Shown here one piece after another: positions 40,751-55,900 of a DNA stretch of 64,000 nt. Source of the DNA: Iphione sp. A-MEVVRFRX5 (Eukaryota); contig OZ320313.1 of the NCBI GenBank assembly GCA_976226885.1, positions 159,402,001 through 159,466,000 of the forward strand, given 5' to 3'. The notes below the pieces were generated by a model. The model made no database searches. It was given only the letters and a program-made list of their open reading frames with translations, and was not told the DNA's origin. Every line of letters begins with the position of its first letter. Positions within the stretch are counted from its first letter, which is position 1. Made by a program: the position numbers and the translations under genes.

Positions 40751-43700
40751 CAGCTGCTTGAAGGGGAGCTACATTTATTGCTCAGGCATTCCCTGCAGTA
40801 TCACCCCACCGGTACGATCCAGGAAGCGACCTGCCCCAGTCCTTCCTAATACAATATCCTGCCCCTTCAATGTGGCAACCTGAGGTGCATGTACGGCGTG
40901 ATCCAATACGTCCCAACGCCTCTAACACTCGTAACCAAGTTTGGCGATGGGGACACAATGTCCTATTCAAGGATCCCGACTCTGAAAACCAATGGGAAGC
41001 CCCGGCCTAGTAGACGGCATTCAAAAGCGTGTGCTGGCAGAACAAGGTCGTAAAAAATAGGGAGTAGGCAACACACTTTTGGCTACTCCAGTGTCATTCC
41101 TTTTGTGCCAAATGACCATATCTGATTAACGATGCTACACAGAAGAGATGGTGGCTTTACTAATTAATTTCGACAATCGCATGCCGACATCAATCGGAAA
41201 TGAATTATGCACCGACGTCCGGTCGTATAAACACACGCAATATACGTTATTCCCATGAAAAGCAGGAAGTACTGTTTAGTATATATTTACATATATGTAT
41301 AAACAGATTTCTACAAGGGAAGTACTAGTAAATACCACAGGTCAAGACAGCGCAGTTTGATCTGCCGAAGCAGAGTCTTTAGCGAAGACCCCCCCCCCCC
41401 CCCAGGCTACATCTCATGCTGTTTGCGGGTCCATTTGGGTTTTTGATCTCGTCGATAAAGAAGTTCGCAAGCCCCCTTCCTTAATGGATTAAGGTCACGG
41501 GGGTGATAGACTAGATGAGATCAAATAGCAAAGCCATCAGCAGCAATGATACATGTGTCAGCCATATTATGTCGGCTGCAGATAACGTCGGAGTTCCGGC
41601 GCAGGAACACAAATCACTCGAGTAGGGATGAGCGGGCCACCGACAAAAGGTACAGGTAGTTGTAACTCAACACACGATGTTAAAGATACAGACCCAGGCT
41701 TCATGGAAAGCTCATCAGGAATCCAATGAACAGGGCGATTTCGCTATTTTGGACGAGAAATATGAAGCGCAGTATCATAAAATTCTGCTTGTCAGAGGTG
41801 TCATGCAAGACGTTCAAGGAATATCATTAAAAAGCCGACATCAACAGAGAAAGACCAGATGCACCGGGGAAGTAGTGTGGGAGTAATACCTGGAGAAAGA
41901 AAGAGAAGTAATTCAGAAAGAGTGAGCGAGATATGAACACGGTGACGAAGGTACAAATGAGAGCGTACCCTCCAATAGTGCAGAGGTGTTAAGAAGATCA
42001 GATTACCACCAGACGATAAAATATATGTGAAGGAAAAAGAGGACAGACCTTAACTATTGCGCTTGTGTGAAATAATGCTGGCCATAATGTAGTGCCTTTG
42101 TAATGAACAGCGGTGTAGAGTGAGTGGGGGGGGGGGGTGTTGGCTGTGTGGATGCCCGAGGCGCTGGCGCCTCCTCTCCCCCATTGCTTCTGGCGCTTCA
42201 CGTGTGGCGCCGGCTGACGCTTACCAGACGTGTACTGGTGCTGTCGTTGTTACCAGTCGTGGCATATGATGCTGCCATCGGTTCTGGTCTCGGGCTGCTG
42301 GGAAAGACGGCCGCGCGGGTACACCAATAAAACACAATTCCGCTGCAGTCGCCAAACTACACACTCATCTAACCTAACTAGCCTTCTCCATCCCCGTGTC
42401 CCCCTTAACACAGCACCGGCTACGAAGACATTCGGCATAATATACATCCTATGTAAGCCCACTGCCGGCATTTTTACGTCAGATTAGGCGTTGCTGTTCA
42501 TGGATGGGTGCGCTCTATTCACTGACCAGGTCATGGCGGAGGATCTTTTCCTCCAGAGAGACTCGCTCGGAGATGGTCCCCAGTGCTTAGAGGTTGTGAT
42601 ATGGGTAGCACCAGTGCCATACTGCTTAAGGAGACACCATCACTGAAGCCTGCATCAAAGAACAAGCGGGGCTCGGGATATCAAGTCTCATTAGCCGGGA
42701 ATATCACAGGAGTGGAGCAGCACCGGTTGGAGCAAGATATGCTGTCTGACTGGCACAGCTGCTCTATAAGCACTAATTGAATGCCCCCTTATCCAAGATG
42801 AGGGGTATATAATTTGGCCAGGCCTCTGGGAAGGGGAATGAAGTCGCAGGGAGTATTGATCGCTGAAGACGGACCATGGAGGTCGTCAGGAACCCCCCCC
42901 CCCCTCCCCATTCCAGCTCTCCAGCTTCGAATGTAGCGGAGCAATTTAAATTTGGCTAGCGAATCAATATTCAGGACAAGTACACACGAAAGACGCTTTG
43001 TACGACTCAACCATCTCAGCTCACTTGCGACCTAGTACTCTCTCAGGGACAAAAGAAAAAAAACACATATCGCCCATTGAAGTAGGTGGAGGGATTCAGC
43101 CAACCTGGAGCTAATTCAGTCTGGGTGCTTGACCGGGAGGGCCCCCGAGGAGCAGGAGGGCGGCGAGTATGGGGGCCTCGAGCACCCGAGGGGGGAAGGC
43201 TTAGGGGTCGTGATCATGACAAACGGCCCATATCTCAGCCTTTACCCGACGTAGGCCGATACCAGCTGGGGGCCGCAGTGTAGGCTAAAGGTCTCTAGGC
43301 CGGATAGGTGTCGGGGGCGAGGTCTGCTGCCTGCTGATGTATTTGGCTCCACGAGCTGCTCCTTCATCACACACACTATCTGCTCCCACAGATCTATTCT
43401 TAGACCTTCACGCTATATAGATAGTCCCCCAATAATCCTTTGTTTGGGACTGTACCCTCTTTTGGGTTGGGGTCATTGAGATGAGGATGTTGATGAATTT
43501 CTCAGTGTGAGGGAAGGCCAGAAGAGGAGAAAGAGAGGGCTGAAAGAGCTACAGAGAGAAATGGGAGAAACGGGCGTGGAAACAGGAAGTATGTCATGGG
43601 GGAATGCTGGAGACACTGGGGAAGGAGAAACATGTCAGATACAAATGAACAAACAGAATGATATAGAGGTGTGCACAGCAGTTAGGATATATTGAATTAT

Positions 43701-46700
43701 TTATTGCTTACACTACAGGGTTATTACTGATGTATGGTTTATATGGAAATGCATATCATTTAACGTGGCTCCTGGCTCATCTTCTAGCCTCGACAAATGA
43801 CATATTTCCTATTAAATAGCCATACCCGATAAAAATAATACAGCTTTATATAATGTACAGGGAGATACCCAACTACATGAGATTTATTCACATATACATG
43901 TACGAACATGCATACACATGTAGGTATATCAGTCTGATCATGTAAACTGGGTCAAGTGAGTCTTGGGGATGGCAGTTCAATAGTTTCGAAGTGTTTGCTC
44001 GATAGACTAGAATCGATTACTGCCGATTCGCAGCCATATCGGCCAATTTTCGTAAGCGACCGCGAACGCAAAGAGGGCGTTAATATTCAAGTCAAACTAC
44101 ATCAACGCTGCCACAGCCATGGCGCTGAATCACTTTCTGACCAGGGCGGCGGTCTGCTATTTTTCGGTGTCTCTTTTAGCCTGGTCGACAGCTAGCCCCA
44201 CCTACCGGGGCACTTCCCGGGCTTTTATACCGGAACCTCCGCACGGCTCCCTCGCAGTCCCTCGCCCAGCCCCCCCCCCCCACACACACACACACACTTT
44301 ACACTCTAGCGGATAACTAGCACGGTTTGGCCAAATAAGCAGCAGGCTCCACCGGGTCATTTCAGCCGACTAACTAGCCGATTGATCCAGCAGCGAATGG
44401 GAGGGTAAGATATTATTCAGCCCCCGGAGAAACCTGAGCGCAAGCAAATGACTAGAAGCGTTATGGTCTCGCCACTGCCGGCGACTGTCGACAAAAAAAG
44501 GTGACTACGGCTCCCCTCCCCTGGTTGCTCCAACAGTAATTGCGCATCAGGCTTGAAAATAATTATCGGGGAACATGTCAGCCGGCGCGCGCCGTAATTA
44601 GTACGTGTGCTGCCGTCAAAAATCACGGCAATCGTATTAGTTTCTAGACTTTTGCTTAATGCGCACAGCCTGGCGACAGGAAGTGATATTTTCGGGGCCG
44701 AGTCGGTGTACGCTCCGTCAGGTGGTAGTTTGGAGCATTAGGCACCAACAACGCCTTTATACATGTATAGGTTTGACGGGAGACATTTTGCCATGGCCAA
44801 AGGAAAGAGGCGGTCGTGAAGGGTGACAGCGGGGGAGGGAAGGGTAGGGGCGGGGGTGTATAGGGTTGGTTGGGGTCCCTCGGCCTGCGGCAATCCGGGC
44901 AGAGTTCAAGGCATATCTAGGGTAAAGGGAACCAAGGGGCGACATGGAGCTAGCTCCGGTGCTGCCATTAGACATCTACTATACTACTCACGGGCTGCCT
45001 TGGCTGTGGGCGGGATTCAGGAAGGAAACAGGGTTAGGCCTCTAGGACTGCTAGCTTTAAGGCAGGCCCACATCAACCATAAACGAACCGCCGTGCCAGC
45101 GTTTTTAAGACTCCAACAGATGTATAATTCATGCTGATGGGGTTGTTATTGTAAAGTTGAGGCCAGCAAGTAATATCCGGAGGTGCTGCCAGTCTCCCCC
45201 AAGGCCAGTGATACAATCTATAAACAAAGTACTAAATTAGAAGGATCCCATTTCATAGGCTACAAAAACACGCCATTCTTTGTCCATGACGCCTGGCGTG
45301 TGAGAAAGGGCAAGCTAAGTTAACCATGCAAACGATTTTGCTTGACTCCTTCCCCATGTGCATGTCCATGCCTGACTTATACTGCTCTCTTTGCTATATA
45401 TTTGTGGTGGGAAAATAACTGACGACTTATTATTTCACTGACAACGAAAACTAGTACAAGGGACGGCCAAACGCGTCAAATTAAAAACCCGTGCCTGCAA
45501 TTAAAAACTGCGTACAATAAGGGAGGGACAATGCGCACTCAAAGCTGGTAAATAGTGTCGAAAGGTCGTGACACCTGATGGGCAGCATCCCAAAAATAAT
45601 GACTACCTAAACATGGCCACCTGAGCGGTGCCAAATTGCTAATGTGACATGAATCGCTGATTGCGTAGTAATCGCTTGAGGGCGCGGCCGCGAGCGCTTA
45701 CATGTACTGGTAACCGGTGAGCAATGCTCTGAATGCATGATGAGTGGCGAAGTGGCCACTACGGCTGCTGGGCAGCGGCCAGCGGTGTGACCGTACCACG
45801 CAGACCGGTATATTACCTAGGTTCTCTGGCAATGTCGACTCGGGTATGCCACACACGACTACGAAGGCACAGACATACCTCCTCCAAGACCAGGGTCGGT
45901 GCCCCTTTTTCATATCCAAAACACGCTTGGTACGTAATAGGGTGGGGCAGTGATACCTCAACTTGCCGAGGCCGTAAACAGTATCTGATAGATTAGCGGC
46001 GAATAAACTGCAGGAAGTGATTGGTGCAGCCGATACAGTCTGTAAGTAGCGATTGCGGGGCCTATTCGGACGATTGCCAGTGGAGTACACAATAGGCCAG
46101 ACGGGTAATTGTTAGCCTTGCTGAACCTTATAGCCAGCGGTCGCTTGAACAGAGCACCCTTGACGTGAGAGGTAGTGAATGCCGACCTGCAGCCCCAGAC
46201 GACCTCCTAGCATCCGCCCCATCAAGTAGCATTGTGTACTGCAAGCGGCGGGGAGAAGCAGCGTATTGTGACGCCGGCACATTCCGAAGTATAGTGACTC
46301 TATGGCCCACGATATGTCGACACAGATGGTGATGGTTTGCCCTGGTGGGAGAGGGTATGGCTCTCAGGCACAGGTGAGCACTGACGATACCTAATTTGAA
46401 TGAAGAGGTTGAGGCGTGTGCCTAAAGGCTTCAATGCGGACTGCTAAAGTCCTCATCCGCCTGGCTCAACCGTCTTTTAAATGTACAACTGCATCACAAG
46501 ATGGCCCGCTCTGTGCCAAGTGCACTCATTAAAAATGGAGAATCGCTTATGAAAGTCGACCACGGTAAAAATGCTAAGTGTTTCGCGTTATTCATTTTCT
46601 ACGGCGTATATGTACCATAATTGAAAGCCGCTGGGAAATGAGGGGGATCTGTTTTTAGCCCGGCCTGTTATTAGTTCTCTCCACCCACTGCCAATACATC

Positions 46701-47342
46701 ATCACAAAACTGTCGTGCAGAGTAACAGGCCAGATTATGATATGGAGAATTGCATAAAAATAACGTCTTCTTTTAGTTAGAACGCGTCTATTACATTACA
46801 AATACGGAGAGGAGAAACAAGGGACTGTTCAATATGACATACATGGCGATAGAAATTGAGAGCTAGTGTCTTCTCATCAATATGAGAGTCAGGAACATAG
46901 AGAATGGCCAATCAAATGTGTACATGCATCACAAACAATATGAACGAGAAATCTGAAAGGAGAAAGAAAAGGCAATGGAGAGCGAAACGGGTTAGTATCG
47001 TGTGCAAATACATGTAAACAGCCAGTACCACTCCTAACCCTGAGCCTTGAAGTCTCTTGCAAAACGAATAGATGGTCTCTGAGGGTTTAGCCTGGTCGAC
47101 AGATGAACTTATCCTCTTGTATGATGGGCATTTTGCGTGTAGGTTATTTTGTAAGAATCACATCACAAATTATTATATCAGAATCGAGCACCCTCCCAAC
47201 TCCGTTCTTTGGATTGTACGTTTTGCGTCTGATCATGTTGGTTTATCCTTGGGAATAGACTACTCGTGCTGATCTACGGGATAAAGAACGAATCCCGTCG
47301 AAACAAAGTCAGAGTGTACCATGGAGATGTGACCGCGTTGAT

Positions 47343-47356
47343 CTGCCCCCTGGCGG
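47343..47356 (-). promoter_or_regulatory. CTCF motif
   Basis: The minus strand reads CCGCCAGGGGGCAG, a perfect core consensus match. Confidence 0.55.
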
Positions 47357-47699
47357 GAGTATTGTGTGGGCTTAATCTCTTCTTGTTTCACCCGGCCTTG
47401 ACCTGAAGTGGAAATGATCGGGCCCCGCGGGAGACATGTTGGCATGCAAAGGAAAAAGATGCGGAAAATGAGAATAAAGACTGTTGGATAGTGGTATGGG
47501 ACAACACCGGAATGACAAATTTTAGATCTTAATCCTTTTATGCTAACTAATAACGGGAAAGAGAACTTGTACGTTATTTGTAACATGAAATAATAAATGT
47601 AAAAAATAAAACCTTTAAGTTTGAAATAATTTTTCTATACAAGATGTCCCCAATATCTGAATAAAAGCCTTTTCAAACCAAATCTCTCTCTCTATGTAT

Positions 47700-48200
47700 A
47701 CATATATATATTTAGTGCTCGGGGCGTGGCGGAGACAGATCGTCGTTGCCTTTGTACTGCTGTATGCTTCCTGCTCGCTTCCCCATTCCCCTCTATCGGC
47801 CCTGCTTCTACTAGGTTTGCTGTTACTAACGGGTCGTTTGCTGCGATCGCCTGATGCTGCCGTCGCCGCGCCTCCCGCCGACGCTCCTGTGTGCCCCTCT
47901 GTCGCCGTCAGCCGTGGAGGAGCAAGAAGGGGAGGAGCGGCAGCAACAGCAGCATCTAGAAACATCAACACACTTCTCCACGGCTGAACCTGCGACGTCA
48001 GCTAATCAATGCTTTGCAGGCAGCAGGCGGGTGTGAGGTGGGAAGAGCCCGTACGGGCGGAGGCTTTGTGGACGGGGAGGGTTGAGTTGGTAGGCTGCTG
48101 GATCTGGCTGTAGGCCCACCTACACACACCCCTTCCTTCATCGTCCCCCCCACCCTTAACTCACTGCACACTTCCCTTCCGCACGCGCTCCATAAAGCGG
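47700..48200. promoter_or_regulatory. GC-rich island with 5'-UTR-like low-complexity sequence
   Basis: CpG-dense with GCA/GGA triplet runs, a GACGTCA CRE-like site near 47994 and CCATAAA near 48190. The ORFs here are Ala/Gly/Arg-rich with no recognisable domain. Confidence 0.45.
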
Positions 48201-51200
48201 CTGCTTCAGCAACAGGCTTTAGTTGCCTTTACACCACAGAGACCCCGGCAATCCATGCAGCATTCCTGAGAAGAGAGCTTGCTTCTAGCACAGCTTGCTT
48301 TTATTATGTACCACACAACGCTGTCCTGACGAGTCCCTAGATAATGCAACTCAGTCACCTTAGCCAACCATTTCCAGCCTGTCGCTAATGAACATCAGAG
48401 AGGCCTAATTGCATTTCAGCCGGTTGGATGAAATAATTAGCGTTACTCGGCCGATAAACAAAACCACAGAGAACTACAACGTAGACCATACAAGCCCACG
48501 AATTGAAATCAGGGACTTCGATATGTTTGCCGCCGTAACACTTTTTCCTCATGGAATAATAATTCGATTTTGGCAGGTTTGATGTATACTTTGTGCTGAT
48601 TGAACATCACTTTGATGTGAGCCCGGCCGGGCCGAGGCCTGCGTGACTTGCGATATTATGATGGTTATTTCCCTTTCTGCTGAGGCCCCAAGTTACCTTT
48701 CATTTGCAAAGGGTGTTAAAGAATATTGCTGTGCTACAGTTGGTATTGCAGGGAATGAGAACTAATACCTTCAGGCCACATAAAAAAGGTACCTGATCTC
48801 TTTAGCTACCTGCTTGTAATCGGATTACTCTATGCATCTTTCTCATTGCCCTGCTTTTCCTCCCGACTCTCGTGCAACACCACGGAGAAAAATTACTTTC
48901 CCGAGGCTACTGAGAAAGTACATATAAAATCACAACCCAATGTTGGTGGATATAATTTCTCAGTGTAGATTTGCTCTGCACTACTTCAAGGTTCATGACA
49001 TTTTGTAAAATGAGGATGAATAAATAATCAGTATCCTACATCAGTTAGAGACATTTTTACAAGCATTGCCAAAAACTAGACGTGGCTGCTATCTTACCTG
49101 TATATATATATGCACACATATTATGTATATTCATGATAGTCAAATGATAGTAAGAAAATCAACCTTTTGAATACTAGCAATGTCTAAATAAAGGCAGGAT
49201 ATATAAACACGACGAACCACCAGAACGAAACGCCTTAGCATTGCTACGTCCAGTTACTGGAGCACATTTTGTATGGTGTGCACAAAGCGTTAATGGGATA
49301 TCATGAAATGCCGAAGGGGTTCCCTGCATATATTATACAAACAGCCGAACTAAATGTTCTTCAAATGCTTAACGAGAATTCAAGCTTTTTTTTAATCATC
49401 GGTTGGAAGTATGTCGCCACACACACACACGTGATGGGGGTTAATAGTGGACCCGCAGCTACGCGTAGGTCGTCAAACAATATTCTGATGAATACAATTC
49501 GTAGCGAAGAGGTCGAACCGGCATTCATCCCGGATGTCTGTAGGCCTCTCTACATCGGAGAGTGACATCGATGGCCTCGCGTATGATTTTTGCGAAATTA
49601 CATCCATCTCGTGATTATTAATGGTGCCGTCACGAAAGGCAGAAAACGTGTCGTTGATGTGCAATAAGCATTAAGCTGTGGATGTGGTAAGGGAGTTACC
49701 TGTATAGTGTGATGAAAACTGAGTTTTATAACAGACAAACAAGTTGAATGGATTATACGCTACATTGCTATGTGGCTTAGCCAACAGGCAAACTAACTGT
49801 CAATTTTTCAACATACATTCGGAATAAAGCTTAGCATCGGTACGTGGAACTAATTAGTTAAATCCTACCGACTATTCTGTATGTACTTTTAAAAAGAAGT
49901 GCAATGGTTACAGGTGAAAAAGTGAAGACAATTTTAGGCCTTAGGAGTCAAAGTAAGGAGTAAGAATACATGCAATTGTAACCGATGTCGTTTAAGCGTA
50001 GGGTTTAACAGGAGGCAGGAATTACCTTACATGTACATGTAGACAGTAGAAACGGTCCTAGGGATGTGCTCCAAATGGGAAATGCCCCTTTATACAGACA
50101 CTTTTGGAAAGAACAGATTATATTTGCTATATATGAATAGTCTCTTACAGGGACATATCTCAATGGGTACAGTTTGGGATAGAACCAAGGATGTCCTGAT
50201 TATAAGCTTTCCCTTGTATATAGATATACATGTATATATATATATATTGCATTAAAGCATACAACTTTCTGGTCAACGCCCAAGAATCCATGAACTGGCC
50301 TGCTGAAGGATGATTGGCATCAATAAGAAAATGCATTTAATTTTCTAACTCGCGTCAAGTTTAATCGTAAGCTTGAACAGATGTTTACAGAACATACCAA
50401 GGAGCGTATGGGAGAGAGAAAACGTATACATGTAACTACTTGAACATGTACTGTTCTGACGTTGACATAAAAATACCAAATGTCATCTTCAACGAATGGT
50501 TGCATGTAAGTGTACTGCAATATCCATTTTTTTACGAGACCCATCCTTACGAAGTGATGTGACTAAGTGTGTTCGCCTACACGTTTGGGACACACGAACC
50601 AACTAGTCTAATAACGTACGTCAGCAGCTAGGGAGATGCTAGGGAGATTTATAATGTTCATGTCAGAGTGCACCATACTACACGATTTTATTACTCTCCA
50701 CGTATCATCACGAGAGCATAATTCTCGATGCCGTAAGGGCGCCGCACCATTATTTCAACAAAGGTAGTGCTCCGACGCCGGGACTGTGAACCTTGGAGAA
50801 TATCACGCCCGATATGACGCCTGCCGTCTCTGTCTACCTGACAGTAACTACGGTTGTAGCCGTACACTACTTGCCAATGATTGCCTTAGACTGGTACCAT
50901 CTGGACAAGAGCCAGCTCCTCTCCCTCCCCCCCCCCACCTTGGACCTCTTCGAGCACTTCGGAACCACGTGAACGTCTACTCGGCTGTTTTATTTACTCA
51001 CCGAACCATGTCTACTTAGCGTGTCTCCTTTATCCGATTGTATTATTCTATGCCAATCATCGACGATGCCAGTATATTTGAAGATAAGATTTGGGGAGTC
51101 TCTGCCTCAGGGCTTCCTTTCCGGCCGGGGTCCCTTTTAAACAGTCATTTCTGTCTCCTTCCTGGGATTAAGACTGTTTTGGTATGTACGTATATGTTCT

Positions 51201-52969
51201 ACTCTACGCCGACAGGTGTGTTTCATGTGACGGAATATTTCGCGTTTCTTGAAGTGTGCGGGTCACAACGATGGGGTTAAGTATGCTCAGGATTATTTTG
51301 AATCGTATTGACTTTGACTGCGGCGGAAGAGGTTCTATGCCATCCCAGCCGTTTAAAAGAATGCGGAAAATTATATGCTTATTAGTACTACACTATGGAT
51401 ATGAATGAGTTTCATGTAACTTACATTTACGTACTCTGCTATGATTTAATTATCATCCATATCTCTGTGTTATGACACTCCCTTTCCATACTCTATGTAT
51501 GCATATGGCGGATACCAGGCTTACAAAGCCGCTCTTTGTTACATTGCAGTGTTTAAGAAGTTGACATAGGACGGTACATGCTTTGGAGTAGCAAAAAGAA
51601 ATAAGATCAATATTAACTCCCCTCTACGTTGCTGCCTACGCTCACACTCCCCAAGTTCTCGATAGACTAACACATGCCTGTCGGTGCTGGCGTAGCCAGG
51701 TTTTTGACTCGCATATGTTGACATTTGGTACCCACCGGTGTGGCTCACACGAATTCAGTGAGGCCCTCCATGCATGGCTGCTCGTGGAGTGGCATATGCC
51801 AAGGGAGGTATGTTGAATAAACTATCTGGCCTATTGACAGTGCTCACGAGGACATGATGGACGCAGCGACGGCGACGGGTCAGCAAGAACAAGAGGGACT
51901 CGAGTGGATGGCACGCAGCACCGGGCAGGTGCAGCCTGGAGTGTATAGAAAGAAGGAGACGTTGGCGAAGCAGTAGTCCCATACCGGGCCCAAACTCATC
52001 GGGTTGACAGTAACATCACGCTCCCATCAGACCCAACACTCCGGTGCAAGGTTCGGCACCTGGGTGATGGTATTCCTTATGCATGCCCAATTAGCGATCC
52101 ACAAAAAGATCTTTTGGTCCGAAAAAAATATTGTATATATTAAATACAATGTTCCTTTTCAATAGCTGAAAGGCACTATGTAAACCGTAAATCTGCTTGG
52201 TAGATATATATTTAGCTATCTTGAAGTGTAAGTTTTATAGCTGTGTGTAGAAGCAGTCAGACCTCATTACTTTGAAAACTCAAAACTTTGAATACTCAAA
52301 ACATTAAATCTATGTAAATGTAGTCACGATTGCGTTATTTCCAGTATATATTGAGTCAAAACCTCAGTTTATTTAATATTTAAGACAATAGTCTGGCATC
52401 CATTGAGATTCGAAGTAGCAAGGCCTGACTGCATATACAATATCTTGGTTTTCCTTTAACAAAAGGACTCACATTGCTCAATATACATACTGGTAAATGT
52501 GTACAGAAGTATCCCTATCTGCCTATTCGTACTTAGTTTATTTTAGACTGATTTTATCTGTCCTTGTTAGGGGATGAGTACAATGGTCTTTAGAAGGAGA
52601 CCAAAATTGTCAAGGATTCCCAATCGAATGCATAATCTATTAGTTTCGTGATGGGTTTGATGACATGTTTTGGTGATTAATTGCCAAAGTCTGAGCCCCC
52701 TAGGGAGAATTTAAGCTAAAATTGGCTCGTTGATGCCACACAATTACGAGCAGCACGAACGCGCAACAATTAGATCATTATTATTTCACTATTGAAGTCA
52801 CCCAAAGGTTAATAATTTACGGGGGGCTTTTTATGGCAGCTAGAGTCTTTAAAAGGCTAAGCCGGCCCTTGTAATGTTGTCGGATAAGGCGCCCGCTGTC
52901 ATTCGCTCGAAAACGTCCACCGTTCGGTTAACTTGATGCGGCACTGGGTTTCGAATGCATTTCCAGTGC

Positions 52970-52978
52970 TATATAAAG
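52970..52978 (+). promoter_or_regulatory. TATA box candidate downstream of a homeodomain-site cluster
   Basis: TATATAAAG in a GC-rich flank. The upstream 250 bp contain CAATTACG, CAATTAG, TAATTTACG and TTTTATGG. Confidence 0.35.
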
Positions 52979-55900
52979 GCTGAGGTCCGTCCCGCCGTGT
53001 CGTCGATATGATGATGAATGACATGGAAACATTATTCATGCAACCATAAAGCTGGCAGTGGAATCAGCGCTGGTGGCTTCCGCTGACAGTGCCTCATAAA
53101 GAGGCAGTCCCGCTCGAGACCAACAATAGCCTTATGACTGTTATAGATTGACCTCACAGGGCCGCCACTGCCAATATGAATGGCTTATCGCCTGACATTA
53201 ACCTTTCCTGTGGATCCAACCGTCCGCCCACCCCACCGACTCCTGCTACGCCCCTCGGGTCCCTAGGAGGTCGTAAGAGAAGGAAATGTCTCTAGTCCCC
53301 TTGCTAACTGGTGCTGGGCTGCAATACTCAGGGATCGGCGTGAGGGGCAACGCTGCATTGGGGAGGCCAATCCCTCCCACACCGCACTCCCCAAACAGTC
53401 CATCCTTCGGTAAGCAATCCTGTATGCAGCAGCCCCGGCGCCTTGCATGTAAAGACCCCCAGAGACCCAGATGACGATCAGGGCGACATTGAGTCTGCCA
53501 AGGGAAGTAGGATTTTGTCGGTGACTGGGGCCGATCTAGGGCGACCTCTGGGTGGGGTGGGTGGGGGGCTCTGTGTGAGTGACCGCATGCATAGATCGGG
53601 CTAATTTGATCCGAATCCCCTGTACTGGTGGTCACTTAATGACTGGCAATAACGCGCCCATCAGTGGTTTGTCATCGAGTTACTTTTGCAATATGATCCG
53701 AGTGCAACTTTTAGGAGTCAACCTGAAGTTGAACGAGCAACAGTCTTTCATTTCCTTCAGACGGAAATCAATAATTTAGTCGAAATCGATGCAGCTGAAG
53801 GACGTAATGGAGACCGGACGTGTTTATGTTAGTACGTCGGCGCATGTATCTGCATGCGTGAATTGGGAGTCTAAAGCCCATGGGCTGTCCTCAGAATGCA
53901 GTCACAATGTACTGCCACATTGATAGTCATCTGGGATCAGCGGTGGTGGGCAGCATATGTTATTATGGCGCCCGGCTGCTTTTACCGTGAATCATGATTA
54001 CTTCCCCATGGCTGACAGCGTCAACACTGGTGCGTATACGAGTCGGGAAACACTCCATAAGCGCAATACAACCACCATCTACGCCTCGCTAGACTGAATG
54101 CTATAATATATATATATATACTGCCACATGGCTAGACTTTAACACTCTTCCGCTCTGCTGCATATAATATATGTATACGTGCACTCATGTAGATTGATGT
54201 TTTGGCTACAGGCAAGAATAAAATTTAATAGTATTAACCATGAAAAACACTTTTCAAGAAAATCACATCGAGTTTAAGCAGTTTTCTTTTATTATTAGGG
54301 TACACCATAAAACAAGGTAGACTCATACTGTATCCCTGTACCCTGCAAGGCAAGTAGTTTAGCAGCGAGTACGTTTAGCTTGAGAGTGGATTCCTATCAG
54401 TAATGTATGAGGTTTACATGGTACATGTTTCTGCCTGTAGGTCCTGCACGCACCGGTAGATATCACAGTACACGACTGTGGTTGATAATTCAGTGCGGAG
54501 GTTGGATACCCAGATGACTTGAGGGGGGGGGGGGTTGGGGTGGAGGCTAGGATGTAGGATCTCAGTATGCACGTATACGGCACAGGCCTGCCCGGTGGTC
54601 CTGCTCTGCATGAGGCATCCCACTCTGGGTACAGTATAACTGTTGTTTAGTGCTGGCTGTACTCCCTATATCAGCCTTTAGAATCCCGCACCAAGCAAGA
54701 CCTAGCCACATCGAGACTAACCCAGGGGAATAGCGTACGAATCATTCGCCCGAGCCTCGATGGGTTTGTATGCCTTCCAACGTCCGCTCGGACATTAATT
54801 TTACATTCCTTTCTCCCCGAAGAATTTCAGAGGTGGATTAAAATTTCAGAGCAATTTGACAGTCTGCCTGTGTCCGACCGTGAACTAATTCATAAGCGTT
54901 TCTGGGCATCACCTCGACAGCTACAACAATACAGTACTAATATATTTAGCAGTTAACAAGCCTTGGCGAGAGGTAGAATGGAAATGGTTGCTGTTTACTG
55001 TCAAATTCTTCTTTCTGCATTCAGTTATAGCAGACTGACTAGAACTGCGTAAATATGTGAATATGCATGTACACGTCCCAAAATATGTTCTAAAATGTTG
55101 AATCATCAAGATGATCAAGGCGTTTGTTTTCAGTATAGACGTTCTGCATCCACTTTGGGGAACCTCTGGGTCGAAGCATTATACACAACAGAGGATATGC
55201 TAACTGAAATAACAGTATATTAGAATATTTCAGTCTGATGTCCTTCACAGTTTTATGTTTATAGCTGCTTTGACTGTGAAATTACCGGTTGGTACTAAGT
55301 GGTTAAGTGGCTGACTCAAATAACATAACTAACATCATATAAAGAAATAATTGATACACTTAATGGAATGTTTGGGTGTAGCGAACTGGTGATCAATATG
55401 TTTATAACAGAGAGGGTTTATTTCTTTTACACACAGAAGCCTGTTTACATTTGCGACATTTTGCAAGGGCAGATGGAGAATAAATCTTTCAGGAACTGCA
55501 TTACTTGGGTAAAGTGGCCAAAGAGCATTTTGACCAGAGTCATTTTGTAGTTTGATGCAAATGTTATTACATATCATAGCCATTTCATGCCGTACATATT
55601 TCAGTCCCTGAGCATTGAATACCTTGGTTACCTTGTACGTCGAACGTTTCATGTCTCAATCATTTTATGAGTTTTGAAAATGTTTATTGAGCAACTCTTC
55701 ATCAATATTTGATGTTTTTAACAGGGACTCAGACATACAATGAATTTATTTCAGTTCACCAAATACCCCTAGGCTTTCATTGAAACAAGGCATGAAACGA
55801 CCAGGGAACAAAATGTTAAAAAAGCCGAATGACTAAGTCAAGAAATAATGTAACTAAAATAGCATTTAGCCTAAAAAAAAGTCTGAATTGAAGTAATTCT

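Noticed and set aside
48322-48350. CTGACGAGTCCC hammerhead-like start
   Set aside because: No GGAC-GAAA closing stem II.
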